DNA of 63,169 nucleotides, counting the filler, from Circinaria calcarea (lineage: Eukaryota): the NCBI GenBank assembly GCA_051942165.1. It is 16 parts of 16 records of this genome, joined end to end, with 100 filler letters (N's around TTAATTAATTAA, not from the genome) between each part and the next. Parts side by side here need not be neighbours in the genome. Positions count along the whole stretch, not along the records: positions 11,896 to 15,757 come from JAVECS010002584.1; positions 15,858 to 19,718 come from JAVECS010002585.1; positions 19,819 to 23,677 come from JAVECS010002586.1; positions 23,778 to 27,635 come from JAVECS010002587.1; 12 more parts are not named here. One strand, given 5' to 3'. A program made the position numbers and the translations under genes. The notes beneath the pieces were generated by a model. That model had not been told where the DNA came from and ran no database searches. It was given only the letters and a program-made list of their open reading frames with translations. Positions 11,796-24,886 of this stretch are shown piece after piece. How positions within the stretch are numbered: the first letter of the stretch is position 1; every line of letters begins with the position of its first letter.

Positions 11796-13141
11796 NNNNN
11801 NNNNNNNNNNNNNNNNNNNNNNNNNNNNNNNNNNNNNNNTTAATTAATTAANNNNNNNNNNNNNNNNNNNNNNNNNNNNNNNNNNNNNNNNNNNNCCTAT
11901 TGGGGAGAAGATCGAGAGCGACAAAACCGGAGGGATCTGGAGATTTGATGGGAACAAGGCTTCGAACGCGAAGCCCCCTTTCCAAGCACAGCAGGTAGGC
12001 AACTAGATGCAGTGGCAAGCCTACGAGCGCTCTAGGGATTTGGGAATCGGACTTGGAAGCAACTCATGAGGTTTAGATATTCCGGAATTAGTCTTGCAAT
12101 AATCATTTCAGAAACGGTGTTACGTTATTGATTTGTTTTTGGTTATTGACATGATCCGTTCATTCAGGATGATAAGCCTACAGACCACTCTCTGGGAGAT
12201 CCACAACAGCAGCTTGGGAACACAATTACGTTCGTAAGACAACTATCCTTCCCCATCGTGCCCATTTTTTACTCCGGCCAATCTACCATAGTACCTCCAC
12301 GCCCCCAGCTGGCTGCAACGTCATTCTCCACCGACACGCCTAGCGACGTCATATTTCACCTACTCACGCGGGTGACAAAATAGTTGGCACACCAAAACAA
12401 GGCCGACCGTAGTCGGCCGCCTATTTATGATCACTAAAATTGTGATGACCTTCAGGAGCTACAGGTTACTTGTAGTATTCCAAGCTGAAGTTGCTTACTG
12501 TTACTCCGTACGCGAAATCCCTATCATATATACTAAATACACTAATGCACACTACATAAGCACTCACCCGAGTGCACGTGACCAGTTCCTGCTCTACGCG
12601 GTCCGCCGGAACTATAATCGTCAGGCCGGTTTTCGATCAACGCCAGCCATTCAGCATAAATCATGTAGCAATTATAGTAGAAAAAGAAGACTGTTAAGCA
12701 TATCTCTCGGATCTTATACCAGTTGTTTCTATGAACTAAGGGCCAATTTTGAACCTGCTGTAATTATTGTAATAAAAGCAGCGCTAGTATTTACCTCTGC
12801 TGACCACGTATACATGGGACTGACGAGGTTTCTTCCCGATTTTCATCTCTGTATCAGAAGCACTTCTTTATTCTGGAGAATCTGTCGGCCTTACTCAACC
12901 AATCTGGGTCTTCGGCTTTTGCTTCAGCATTCGAGAACAGGGATTACGTTTCATAGAAGTTTGGAAAATTGTGGATAAATCTATCACTATATGTAAGTCA
13001 AGTTTTGCTAACTCGATCCAAATAGATTCGACTCCTCACCTTTGGTGATAGGTATATAGATAACATTCTAATTCGGATTGCGACCAAGTCTTAATGCTTT
13101 ACAGTCTTGATTGACCCAGCGTTATACCCTATCACCCAAAC

Positions 13142-14581
13142 ATGTCTTTGCTCGGTCTCCCAAACGAAGTACTTTGCCATATCTGGACAGAAGTTTTCTC
13201 CGGCGATGTTGAAAACTTTGCACTCTGCTGCAAGCACATCTATCAGCTCTCAGCTCCATATGTTGCTGAGGATAAACGTCATCGTAAGAAATATCGTACT
13301 GTGAGGCCGCTCCCACCACATCAGTTCGACGCTATCTTTGTTGGACTGTTTCAAGCCATTACCCTAAACCGTCGCGCGGCCTGCTACCCTTCGAATCTCG
13401 TCCTTCAAATCCCCGATTGGATTGGTCGCTGGGGACAGTCGCACTACACATCGGAATTTGGACCATATGCAGAGGCAGTTTATGCGGCTGTGGACCGCTG
13501 TGCGTATCTTACATTGGGTCAAAAATCGGAATGGAAATACGCAGTTTCACAGTTAACCTCTGCCCCCGATGCGCTTCTTTCACTAGTATTAGCCACTTAT
13601 CCTAATATACGGAGCTTGGATCTGGCCACCGGTGTGCCGAGCGGCATATATATAAGAAAAATGTTGGATAACATAGCCTCAATCAATACTCCAGAGAACA
13701 CAGGCTCGTCAGTTCTGCACAAATTAACCAAGGTCCGTGTCGAGCGCCGCGGTGCTCCCCGCCCTAGTCTCTCGCACTCGAGGAACGATCTTGCTCTGCT
13801 GGCATCATTGGCTGCTTTGCCTTCTGTCAAAAGTCTTCGTGGCAAAATAGAACAAGACGGAGGGTTTAGAAGCTGGCCGTACCAAATACCCAGAACGGGC
13901 ATTGTCGATCTTACTCTTCACGGGTACATTGAAAGCAAATGGCTAGCAACACTTCTCGCTTCTATGTGCAGGCTTCGGCGGTTCAACTATGCGCCACAGG
14001 TATGGTGGACTGATGGGTCCTGTTTCCCGTGGGAACCCCGTTGCGTTATTGACAGCCTCCATCGGTCTACAGAAACCTTGGAATATCTACAACTCAATGC
14101 AGACAAAGAACACTACAAACCAGAGGGGAACTATTTTGTGGGGCATCTGCATGCATTCAAGGTACTCAACGATATCAGGATGGATCTGGAACTCTTTGTC
14201 GACGGTGAGAGAAGCGCTGAGGCCACAAATGAGTGCACTCTATCGATCTCAAAAGACGCGAGATACGCAAGATCGTCGTATACAGAGTGAAGATTGGTAG
14301 ACCTCCTACCAGCCTCTTGTGAACGGCTCCAAATTTGCCTATTAGATTACACGTCTAGTTTCTTAGAACAGACGACGCAACAAAGGACGCAAGTAGAAGA
14401 TTTGTTAAAGTGCCTGAGCGAGATGAAGAACAATAAGTTGTCTCGAATTGATCTATTCGGATGGGATCCTCTTTTAACGGAGGCATGGGCAGAAAGGAAT
14501 TCGTTGCCCGGCCTCTGCATCGTACTGCAGGGCCCGGCTATCACGGCAGAGTATGCATGGTCAAGGAATGGAATTGATTGA
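13142..14581 (+). pseudogene. F-box/LRR-like protein with one in-frame TGA at 14288-14290
   Basis: N-terminal F-box-like LLGLPNEVLCHI...VENFALCCKHIY and LRR-like LxxLxL segments. ORFs 13142-14290 and 14294-14581 share a frame and are separated only by TGA-AGA. Confidence 0.65.
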
Positions 14582-16187
14582 TTCTATGACTGTCTATTCT
14601 AGGGCTATATAGCCCCGCAGGCCCGCCTGCTCCTTCCCATAACACCGGCAGATTAGTTGGCTCTGCTTATCTCCACAAAGGATGATTAGGAGCTGAGCGC
14701 CTCGCCGCATGAAAATAGCTTGGACACTGAGCAAGTCATTCTGCGGTCAAATATAATATTCCCGTACAAGCTGCAGGTACGATCTTGATCGCCGATGCCT
14801 TCACCTTCGCACGATACCCTGATAGCTCTTCGTCCATCATACCAACCCTATACCTGCAGCAGATCTTCCTGATGGCCAAAGAGAAATTCCAACGCTGTCT
14901 TGAGTCATTCACCGACTTTTCCAAAGGGGAGATATCTGTTTACTTTTCCGGCCTTTAAGTGTTCCACAAGCATTCCAGAGCTGATAATCAATTCAGCTGT
15001 ACGCCTATACTTTTTGCAATAATCTTGATTCGGGTTTGAACTACCCAAGGAAAGCAATAGCCATTCCAATGTCCAATTTTTTCTCCGGATGGGAAATTGC
15101 CTTATCTGAAAAGATATCGAAGTAGAATACGCAAAAGTTATACCCACCCTCATCATCCCACCCTAGTAAGCACACCAGTCGACTTCATCTGTCTTTTCCC
15201 CTTTTCCTCTTCTCCGTCCTGCCCACCCAGACATTTATGAGGAAAATCGGCCCCTTCTCTTCTTTCAAGCTTAATACCAATAGTCCAAAGGATTTTATAC
15301 AAAACTCCCCTTTTTTAAAGTAAAATCCAGGCCAAAAGACAAAGCTCCTTATTTAAGAATTATGCCGGCTATGTTAGGAAATTGGTGCAATGCCTTTTCT
15401 TTCTTTCCCTTTCTCCCATGATAATCTCATCACCCATACCAATCTCCAATCAATCTCAGCTCCTCCCTATTCGCACCCTTCACCCTACCCCCAAATTCCG
15501 CTCCAAGCCGGCCCCTCTCCGGTAGCACAGGAAGGAAGTCTTCACTCAATGACAAAACAAAAGCTGGCTTGACATTCCAGATAAGGTCTCAGTGAACCTA
15601 CAAAGTGGCCCAAGACATCAAATGTATTCGAGGGGGGAGTGGGTGGAGAATACCAGGGTAATGTAAACAGTGAAGGTGCGTTCTCCCAACAGGGGGATAA
15701 ATGAGAGAGGTGCAGATGGGTTCCTCGGCTGAGTAGGATAAAGGGTCAAAGGGGGGGNNNNNNNNNNNNNNNNNNNNNNNNNNNNNNNNNNNNNNNNNNN
15801 NTTAATTAATTAANNNNNNNNNNNNNNNNNNNNNNNNNNNNNNNNNNNNNNNNNNNNCAGCAAGGCAACTGTATTTTCTCTGCCGGAAGAGACACGGATA
15901 TATCTCCATGAGTACAAGAGCTCAACAGGAACTCGTGCGGTCGATCTGCCAGTTGTGCCGGTCCCCGGTCAGCCAGGCATCTTCGAAATGACACTGGAAT
16001 TCCTCGAGACCGGAGTCGGCCGGCGCTACTGGGCCGCCAACATGTCAGTTTTGCCTGAGGACCTTCGATGGCCTCAAGATAAAATCAAGTAAGCCGACAT
16101 TTCCCGTTCGGGAGCAATGATCCTGACCCGCATAGGATCGCAGGACTCGTGGCACAGATCTTCCTGGAGCAAATCCGCAACTTCTGG

Positions 16188-17674
16188 ATGAAAAAACAAC
16201 ACAAGACCCACGACAACAGTACACAAAGAGGCCACTCTACCACGAGCCTAAGCACATCAAGTGCTACTCGGCGCAACGGTTTCAAATTTACTACTCTAAC
16301 TAAAGACACTCATGATGCTATGCCACACTTTGGTGAGGACTTGAAGGGAATGAATGTGGATCGTATCGCGCAACCTAGGTACGCTTCGTTGGTCATTTTT
16401 AATGATGTTGCAGGTGAGATAATCCTACTAATTGAGCCAGCCCTATGAGTACGAATCAGGCCCAGCCTGCGTCGGTATCCACAGGCACAAAACCCATTGC
16501 ATTCGAAAACGTGGAGGAGCTATCACTGCATCTCCGCCAGTGGTGTCAAAAGAATCCAGACCTTAGACTACCAGGGGCCCTCCGTCTACACATGTCAACA
16601 TTCACTGGCAGCGAACCAAAGAAGGTAGAGTACGAAGGTGGGACTGGACAAGTTCTTTACTTCATCATTGATAACAACTACATGGGACGGATGCTGAAAT
16701 GCTCAAACGGAAGAATTTATTATCTTCAGTATGTCAGGTCACCTTCTTCGGCTGTGACATACCAGATGTGGGCCGGTGAAAAGCTTGGGTTTATGAGAGA
16801 TTGCATCTTATCTTACATGCCTGAGACTTCTACTGCTTCAAGAGCACAAGCTAAAACCTCGAGTCGTACATTGCCATCTGTCTCGGGACCTCCATCAGGA
16901 CTGCGCTCGGACAAAATGGAGCTCCGAAGTCAGAACCGACGTAGGAATAGGGATGCCTACGAAGTCGACTCAGAGGATGAAAGTCTTCTAGCCGCGTATA
17001 ATCGTAGAATCCGTCCCCTTGCGCAGGCCAGAAATTCTCTTCGCAACGAGAAACAGCGGATCACTCGGTCGTCAGTATATACGCAACATCCAGGTGATTG
17101 GCTATATACCTTTCTAGTTGATTGGTGCTAAATCTCAAGCAGATCATGATCTCGCCCCTTCACAAAGGTAAACTCGACCTTGTTGCGTGGTACTGTCTTT
17201 ACTAACAGAATCAGTGGTGAGGCTACTGAGATCTCAAGCCCGGAACCCAAGAGGACTCGATATCCAAGTCTCGAGATCCGTTCTCGTCCAATAATCAAAA
17301 GATCTCGCTCTCCGAGTCTCGAAATTCTCCCAGGTCCCCCGAAACGTCCGACATATGCATTTAAGAATGTAGACTTCCATTTCTACCTTCCTGAAACGGA
17401 ATTCGGGGCCATCGACAAGCCGATCCTGGATTGCAACACGGTGGACTCATTCTTTAGGGCGGCTCAGGATGCTTGGGTGATGTTGGAGAGAGACTCGATG
17501 CAGGATCCGAAGTTAGGGGCTGTGAGGGTTACTTGGGATGGACTGAAAATACCCATGGTGGTGCCTTGGAAGGATTCCGAGTCTTTCCATAGAATGATGT
17601 CGAGCGTCCAACAGGCGAGGGCCGATATCCATGGCAACATGGCTGTCGAGGTTAGGTGTCTGAGACGTGGCTGA
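16188..17674 (+). CDS. Hypothetical 4-exon protein (no family recognised)
   Basis: Phase-consistent GT-AG introns at 16379-16440, 17094-17142 and 17168-17214 join three ORF-track pieces through a 25-nt micro-exon. The start codon is uncertain. Confidence 0.7.
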
Positions 17675-19818
17675 GATCACTCTCGACTTAGATGCTAATT
17701 CAAAGGGCGTATGGCGGGGCTTTCGGTTATCAAATCTGGTCAGTTTCTTGCGACGCCAGTAAGCTCAAGGGATAGTTTATGGATGTCAGATAAACGGGAG
17801 TAATAGCGGCGCTTCAAAGGAGAGACTTGTTAGCCAGGTAGATCTCTTGACTAGGAAAGTAAACCTGGGTTAGCTGAATAAATGGTGCAATTCTACCAAG
17901 TGAACGATGCAATGTTCGATAAGACCGAGCAGACCAAGAATTGCTCACGGTCGCGTAGGCCGCAAACAGGGATTGATCGTGGACGCCAGCATTCCAAGCT
18001 GTGGCAACGGACAGCAAACATACCTTACCCCTTTGACGTTTTTCCGCAACAAGAAATATGCATCCGTCGGGTACACGCAATGTGATATCAGATCGAGAGA
18101 CTACCTTGCTCACTGCTCAGGCTGCAGGCAGGGAAGAACGCTGATGGAGGATTGTGACACATCTAGAGACAAGGAGCCTGGCGGTAGGGGAACTGTCGAT
18201 GCCTTGGGGTGTGCCATGAGCTAGGGATAGCCAATACAATACGCCTTGCATATCTTTACTTTTTCTTCTCCCGAGATGGTGTCAGTCGACTCCGTGCATA
18301 TTTCACAATAGGTCTGGACACGCCCAACGGTTAGGGGGAGATACTAGGGAGGCCCTGGACAAAAGAGGTCTAAAGTGGACGAAAGAGGTTCAAAAGCGTG
18401 GAACTGAGTCTGTTCCACTCCAAATGACGCTTCCCTCGGCAGCCTCCCGTAATGAAATCAACTTTCTATGCAGCGGTAACTGCGGGAGGCGTTTGTTTGA
18501 CTGCTGGTTCTGCGAGGCGTGGCCATTAGAAGGCTGAGCAGTTTACTTGCTTGAGGGCACAAGGGTTGATCCCTGTCAGAATCCCTGGAGCGTTCAGGGA
18601 ACAACAACTGCCGGAAATGACTTGTAGAACTTACAGCATCAGTATCTCGTGGGCTAAATTGCGCGGATTTCTGATATGTATGTCGCATGAGCCAATCAAA
18701 GTGTGTGACGCGGCTGATATTTAGGCCGGCTTACGCCCAAATCCGGCAGCGATAAAGCCGGGTATGCATCTATCCACAGGCTAAGGCGTCTATCTCTCAA
18801 TTACATGACATAAGGTAAGGATATCATGGTCGGATCCCGGGCAACATGTATGACAAGTCTCATGCCCTGCCCTTCGCTTTGGGGCTTCACAGTGGTCATG
18901 GCTGCCTGCTACAGCAGACCAAAGATTCAAACACAGATGCATATGGAGATGGATCAGTTTATGTCGGCTTCGGTAATTGTCAAGTCGAAACTCTATGCCG
19001 TTTGCCGTCAACGCATCAGTGATCGCCTTGTTTCTAGCACCAACCACTCTCATAAAATGCTGTTGTTTTACAATCCTGGCTTTCAACAGTCCCCCGAGCT
19101 TTTCTTTGCATCTCGGGAGAGATACCCCAAAAAGTAACGAGAAGACCATGCACTATTGTCATTCAAGATATCCTACAGAGAATAGATGGAGTGCTCTGCT
19201 TTGTCCAATGGTGATAGACCAATCGAGATGATTTCCCTCGAAACTTTTCCGCCTGCGTTCGCTTTGGGCCTCAAGATGAAGGTTGTCATACTTTGGACTC
19301 GATGGCAAGCTGCATAATAAATGATGAGGATGCAGATCCATGTGAATGGAGGGACCCGTGTCCGAAAGATTCACGCCAGTCACAGATGACCCATGCCCAC
19401 CATCAATCAGCCATAGAATTGTTCCATAATCTCACTACTCGGATGGTCTTCTTCACCCGACAACGATGCCTGCCATGATCCTTCCGTATCTCATTTACGC
19501 GATCCTTGTCTTTGGGACTGGTGAACCCTGTTTTCGTACCTTGGCCTCCTCTACGCTGGTATGTGTCCTGGAATACCCAAGCTGTCCTTCTCCCTGTCCT
19601 CTGATCTGCATTTGTACCGCAGTAATCAAAACTAACCAAGAAGAGACAGGCCCGCTCTACTCTAACCCCATCCACTTCCCGTCTCTCCGTCTCCCCCCAA
19701 CCTTCCCCCGCCCACCTCNNNNNNNNNNNNNNNNNNNNNNNNNNNNNNNNNNNNNNNNNNNNTTAATTAATTAANNNNNNNNNNNNNNNNNNNNNNNNNN
19801 NNNNNNNNNNNNNNNNNN

Positions 19819-20291
19819 AACTAAAGCCTGATGGGGCAGAGGTACCAAGGAGCAAACTCAAGCTCCCAGCAATTCAAGCAATGAGGAAGAAGTACCACAA
19901 GACACTTAAGAAGGTAGAGAAGTCGTCCAGCGAGACGGCTCATGACGTGCGGAGAAGAAGGAGTCAAATGCGTGGGGGGAAGAGGGAAACCAGTCTCCTG
20001 GCACGCTATGCAAAGATGATGAGCCTACCAAAGGCCCCCGCTTCAACGGAGCCCCACGACGACGAAGACGACGACGACCATGAGACTACTGCGAGTGAAA
20101 TCGAGGCCATCATCGAGCGCCAGGAGAAGGAGGCAGAGGAGGAGAAGGCGCTGGACGCTGAGCTCCGAGCACGAGAGAATAAACTTCGGGCCCTAGAGGG
20201 CGGTAACTCGCCACTACCGTCGCCGCTACATGAGAATGGATGTTGGATGCAGTCTGGTGACGGGATGATACTTCTGCGAAGTAAGTTCTGA
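19819..20291 (+). CDS. 5'-truncated paralog of the downstream Myb-like gene
   Basis: RETSLLARYAKMMSLPKA...ETTASEIEAIIERQEKE aligns with REASLLSSFSKLMSPPKA...DATAEGIEAIFERQEKV of the next gene. Confidence 0.65.
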
Positions 20292-20918
20292 TTCTCTCCC
20301 TCAATGAAGAGTATTCTGACAGAAGGGTAGCTCTGGAGGTTAACGAGCATGTTCGGGTACGTTATATGATCACCAATGGCGAGGTGGATGCTGCCGTAGG
20401 GGTAGTCATTTCATAGCCTAATCAAGTATTATCGGACTTTTCTTCAGAATAGACTGTGTAGTTAGCGCGAGCAGATGTGTTGTATACCCAGTCTGAACAC
20501 CAGGACCATTCAGTAGACACAGGCCCTTTCCTATTGACTAGAATATATATGAACAACACATGTGTTAGCTAGCTGTGACATATACCATACACCCATCTCT
20601 CTTACTTACCGCCAATCCTCTTCCACCACTTCCCAACCACACCACATCTCACACAATTGCTCAGCAGCCTTCACCACTCTTCATCACATCCACAGTTTCA
20701 CAGCAACTAAGCACCGCAAGGGCGAGTCACCATACTCGTAGGATTTTCATTTCATTTATTCGCACTCGTATTCAAGCGTATTGTGCCTTCAATTCCCTAA
20801 GTCGTAATCAACCATCCACCTACGACACCCTTCTTTGCTCCTTGGCGCCACGGTGCCACATTCTTGGAATCCAATCAGCAACGCTTTTGCTGTATCCATC
20901 GTCTCATCGGATTCTACT

Positions 20919-21851
20919 ATGGCACCGCTACCATCAAATGTGGTCATTAACTCTGCTCGGCCTAAGGAGCGGGGATCTATCTGGTGGACGCTTTCGAATA
21001 TGGAACAATTCCTTCTCAAAGCGGCCGCGTTACGAGCCCGCCGGTCTCGACAGTATGGATGGCGGGGAGTATCAACCACGCTGGACTGGCATGAGATTGC
21101 CTCGGAAATGGGTTTGGGTGTCACAGCTCAATACTGTCGGTATGTGTTAAGCCCCGCCTGTTCTCCCAAGGTTGAATTTCGAGTTGATAAAACAAGTACA
21201 AGACTGATGACAGATTCGGGCAGCGAACGATGTCGAGAACTATGGCACCATACGGATCTCGGTGGCGGCACATTGAGGGCCGACTATCAACCGGTTCATA
21301 GGCACAGACTGCGCCATCAGCAAGTACAGGAGGTCAAAGGTCGCCCGAGCAAGGTATCAAAGAATCGGAAATCCCCATCCGATACCATTTTCGAAGTAGG
21401 TGAGAGACGGCAGAGGTTGAGAAGAGAAGCGAGTCTACTTTCTTCCTTCTCTAAATTGATGAGCCCTCCCAAAGCAAAGACTTTTGCGGAGGTTCAAAAG
21501 AAGGACTCGGCGGATGCAACGGCGGAGGGGATTGAGGCAATATTTGAACGGCAAGAGAAAGTAGACACGGAGAAAGCGGCAAGGATTGCTGAGGTCCATG
21601 CCCGAAGAATTAGACGGCGCGACAAATTGCAGACATTACGAGAAAACTCGAGACCGTGGAAGAACAGGTCAATAGAGACGCTGGAGAAGACAAAGCCCAC
21701 GGTGCTCAGCTGCCTGAGCGAAACGAAGGATAACGCAAAAGTGGATGACCGCAGAAATCCAAACCATGAAAGGGAAGTAAACCGCGAGACAAAAGCCAAC
21801 GATGAGAAAGGAGGCAGCCTCGAGCGCGAAAGCGAAGAAAGATGCAGATGA
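20919..21851 (+). CDS. Myb/SANT-like domain protein with a charged C-terminus; intron 21140-21223
   Basis: After removing an 84-nt GTATGT..CTGAT..CAG intron it reads WTLSNMEQFLLKAA...LDWHEIASEMGLGVTAQYCRERCRELW, which fits the Myb Trp/helix pattern. Confidence 0.65.
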   Translation: MAPLPSNVVINSARPKERGSIWWTLSNMEQFLLKAAALRARRSRQYGWRGVSTTLDWHEIASEMGLGVTAQYCRYVLSPACSPKVEFRVDKTSTRLMTDSGSERCRELWHHTDLGGGTLRADYQPVHRHRLRHQQVQEVKGRPSKVSKNRKSPSDTIFEVGERRQRLRREASLLSSFSKLMSPPKAKTFAEVQKKDSADATAEGIEAIFERQEKVDTEKAARIAEVHARRIRRRDKLQTLRENSRPWKNRSIETLEKTKPTVLSCLSETKDNAKVDDRRNPNHEREVNRETKANDEKGGSLERESEERCR

Positions 21852-22225
21852 TGAATAGCATGAGCCAGTATGACAAGGAGCGGTAGATTTGGTCGGCGCC
21901 GTTTCTGACAATGTAAGGTTCGATTCACGGACAACCTCAACGTGCAAAATTGGGTCTGAATGCGGGGCTTTGCGAAATTGAGAAGTTTAATGGATGGGAT
22001 TCGGGGGACTGCACAAGTCTGACCTGATCGAAACTTTGCACAGCCACGTAGGCCGTCTTGCCTACCTGTGCATCTTGTTTCATATTAGACTACGAGAGTC
22101 TACATACACTACATGAGTTACATACACTACATGAGTCTCTCTTACTTGTCAGGTGCCTTTACAGAGTGCGGAGAGTCCAGCTAGCTATACCCTGACACCC
22201 GTCTGCTTTACTACCTCTCAAAATC

Positions 22226-23677
22226 CTATAACCTCTGCAAGCTTTCCTTCACTCCCCATCCATCCTTCAACAGAGCCCCAACTTCCTCCAAGCCCAGTCC
22301 CATCGTCTCGGGGTAGATCTTCCAGATACAACCCCAACCCACCATGCAAACAAGTGCATACGTGACAAACGTCCATGCCGGGCTCAGAAGCTCCATCATA
22401 GGCAGGAAGGTCAAACCGACGACAAAATTACTGCCCCAATTTGTCGCTGTAGCAATACTCGATCCCAACGAGCGGATCGAGAGCGGGAACAGCTCCGACT
22501 GCTGCCAAGGGACATTACCCATACCGATCGCGTAACTGGAGACGTAAACAATCATAGACACTAGGATAAGGTATGCCCAAGGGCCTTTGGCTTTGCCGAT
22601 CGTGGTAGGGCTCTTGGTAGAAGCAGGTGCCTTTTGATCGAAAAAGGTAAAGGCGAGAGCGACTGTGCAGAGACCCAGCACCATGATGGGGATGGAGTAG
22701 AGGAGGATGCGGCGACGGCCAACGCGATCAATAAAGACCATGGCTACCATAGTGAAGATTAAGTTTGTGACGGCGATGGAGAGGGACGCGAGAGTTGGGG
22801 AGGAGAACTGGAGCTGGGAGAAAATGGTTGCAGAAAAGTACATGAGAGAGTTCTGAGCGACTTGTTAGCTTCGAGAATTCGATGACAATATAACAATCCC
22901 TCCCTAGGAGAGCACTCACAAACCCACACAACTGTTGCAATCCTTGCAACAGGCAAGCTATTATCAAAGCCCGGCGATGTCCGCCAACTACAAATAGGTC
23001 TGATGATCTATTTCTTACTTTCGCCAACCAAGAATTCCGGATTTTGATTGGTGCCTCTTCTTCGCTCAAAATCTCCATGCCAATGGCACGTAAGATTGCC
23101 TCGACGACAGCTTCAGAATTCTTTCCGTAGACTCTACTCAACACATGTCTTGCGCCTTCTGTATCTCCAACTTTCTTAAGCCATCGAGGCGTCTCCGGCA
23201 TGAAGAAAAGGAGTCCGAGCTGTACAATGGCTGGACTCGAGCCTAGGCCAACCATCCATCTCCACCCGTGAGTAGTAGAAGATAAACCCCATCCAACTAG
23301 ATACGCGACCACCTGCCCCAGGGTGACGAACAAGATGCTTAACGTAACTAAACGACCTCGATGTGCGGATGGTGACAGCTCAGAGATGTAGCTGGAGCCG
23401 TTGTCAGTTGCTTTTTCTGCAGATGCTCCAATAGCCTTACGAACAGTGGAACGACCAGGCTAGCTCCTCCAATCGCTAGACCCACCACACTCCGTCCAAC
23501 TATCATCCCCCATACTGTTGCCGTGAGCGCCTGCCATAGAGCGCCGACGATGAACAGAGCATCCGCAATGACAATAACCCACCTCCTGCCCAGTCTGTCC
23601 GCCAAAGAGCCCGCAATGGGACTAGCGACCAGAGCGAAGAAGCTGGTGCATGACGTTACGAGACTCTTGTCCAGCGT
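22226..23677 (-). CDS. Sugar-porter MFS transporter, myo-inositol transporter (ITR) like, 5'-truncated, with introns
   Basis: Motifs ADRLGRR, PETPRWL, LQQLCGF, DRVGRRRILL, GNVPWQQSELFPLSIRSLG and YPET. Confidence 0.92.
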
Positions 23678-23777
23678 NNNNNNNNNNNNNNNNNNNNNNN
23701 NNNNNNNNNNNNNNNNNNNNNTTAATTAATTAANNNNNNNNNNNNNNNNNNNNNNNNNNNNNNNNNNNNNNNNNNNN

Positions 23778-24290
23778 ACCCCTAAGCTTCTATTGCTGAT
23801 GTAACTCTTTTGGTTTAGGATCTAGAAGAAAATATGCAAATGCGTATAAAATTAATTAGTAAGAAAAAAAAAGAATAAAATTTCCTTTTATCGACTACCT
23901 AAGTGTTTCCCTCTTGAAGACCATATATAAATTATCCCCTTATCCTTATCATTTCTCTTAATAATAAGAGATTATCCAGATCCGTTTCTCGATGTTAGGT
24001 CGACAATATATTAACACAGGTGTAGTAAACACAGTCTTCATACAGAGATAAGAACAGTAAATAACCGTATTTTCTTGGTGAGAATAAAGCACAGTCTCTC
24101 TAAAAAGTAACCTCTAATGTTTAGCTTATCTATTTTAATACCTAAAACCGAAAGATCTCTAAAAGTTTATATTTGCATTTTTACATACCATATTACTAAT
24201 TAAAATTAATAAAATTAGACGTACGATTAGCATGTGTTAAGCACTTGGACAGCGTTCATTCAGAGCCATCATCAAACTCAATTATATATT
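23778..24290 (-). rRNA. rns: 5' part of the mitochondrial small-subunit rRNA gene (runs off the contig)
   Basis: The minus strand at 24280-24221 reads TGAGTTTGATGATGGCTCTGAATGAACGCTGTCCAAGTGCTTAACACATGCTAATCGTAC, homologous to the conserved 16S 5' block. Sequence below 24220 is not recognisably rRNA. Confidence 0.8.
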
Positions 24291-24886
24291 TACTTATGAA
24301 AGAATTTTCTTTCTTTATTTTTTCTAATATTAATGAATGGATTTAGTCCATTCCTAATGTAATTTGTATACTTATTTTAAAGAGGATTTTCTTTATTCTT
24401 TCTAATAAAATGAATTAATCTAATCCAATCTTTTTAGAAAATAAATTAACCTTTAGGATGTTTTATTTTAAACAAATACCCTTTAAGTAATCTTTCAGAC
24501 TTTAACATTTTTATCCAGTTTATTCTAACATTAATGTTAGAATAAAAATATTTCTAATTAGTAATCTTAAAACTTTAATTTCTAATGATAGCAAAAGACT
24601 TTTATCTTTTTAGAACATAATGAAGAGATAATCGTATAAAATTTGCTTTTTTTAATGGATATGTAGATACTCATTTCATAATTGAAGCAATAAAGGATTA
24701 AGTGTATTAATTGAAGATTATAATTAAGTTTAGAAGTAAATATTTTAAACATCATGTTCTATGATATGAGTGCATATATTAAAAATAAAAGGAGATATGG
24801 CACCTTATAAAAATTGAAAAAGGAATATCTAATCCCTTATACATATTTGAAAAGAGGATAAAAAAAGTAATTACTTTTTTTTTTTG

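Noticed and set aside
24290..24886. Possible mitochondrial tRNA genes between rnpB and rns
   Set aside because: Only AT-rich palindromes (e.g. TTATTCTAACATTAATGTTAGAATAA) were seen; no T-loop motif or cloverleaf was found by eye. tRNAscan-SE would settle it.
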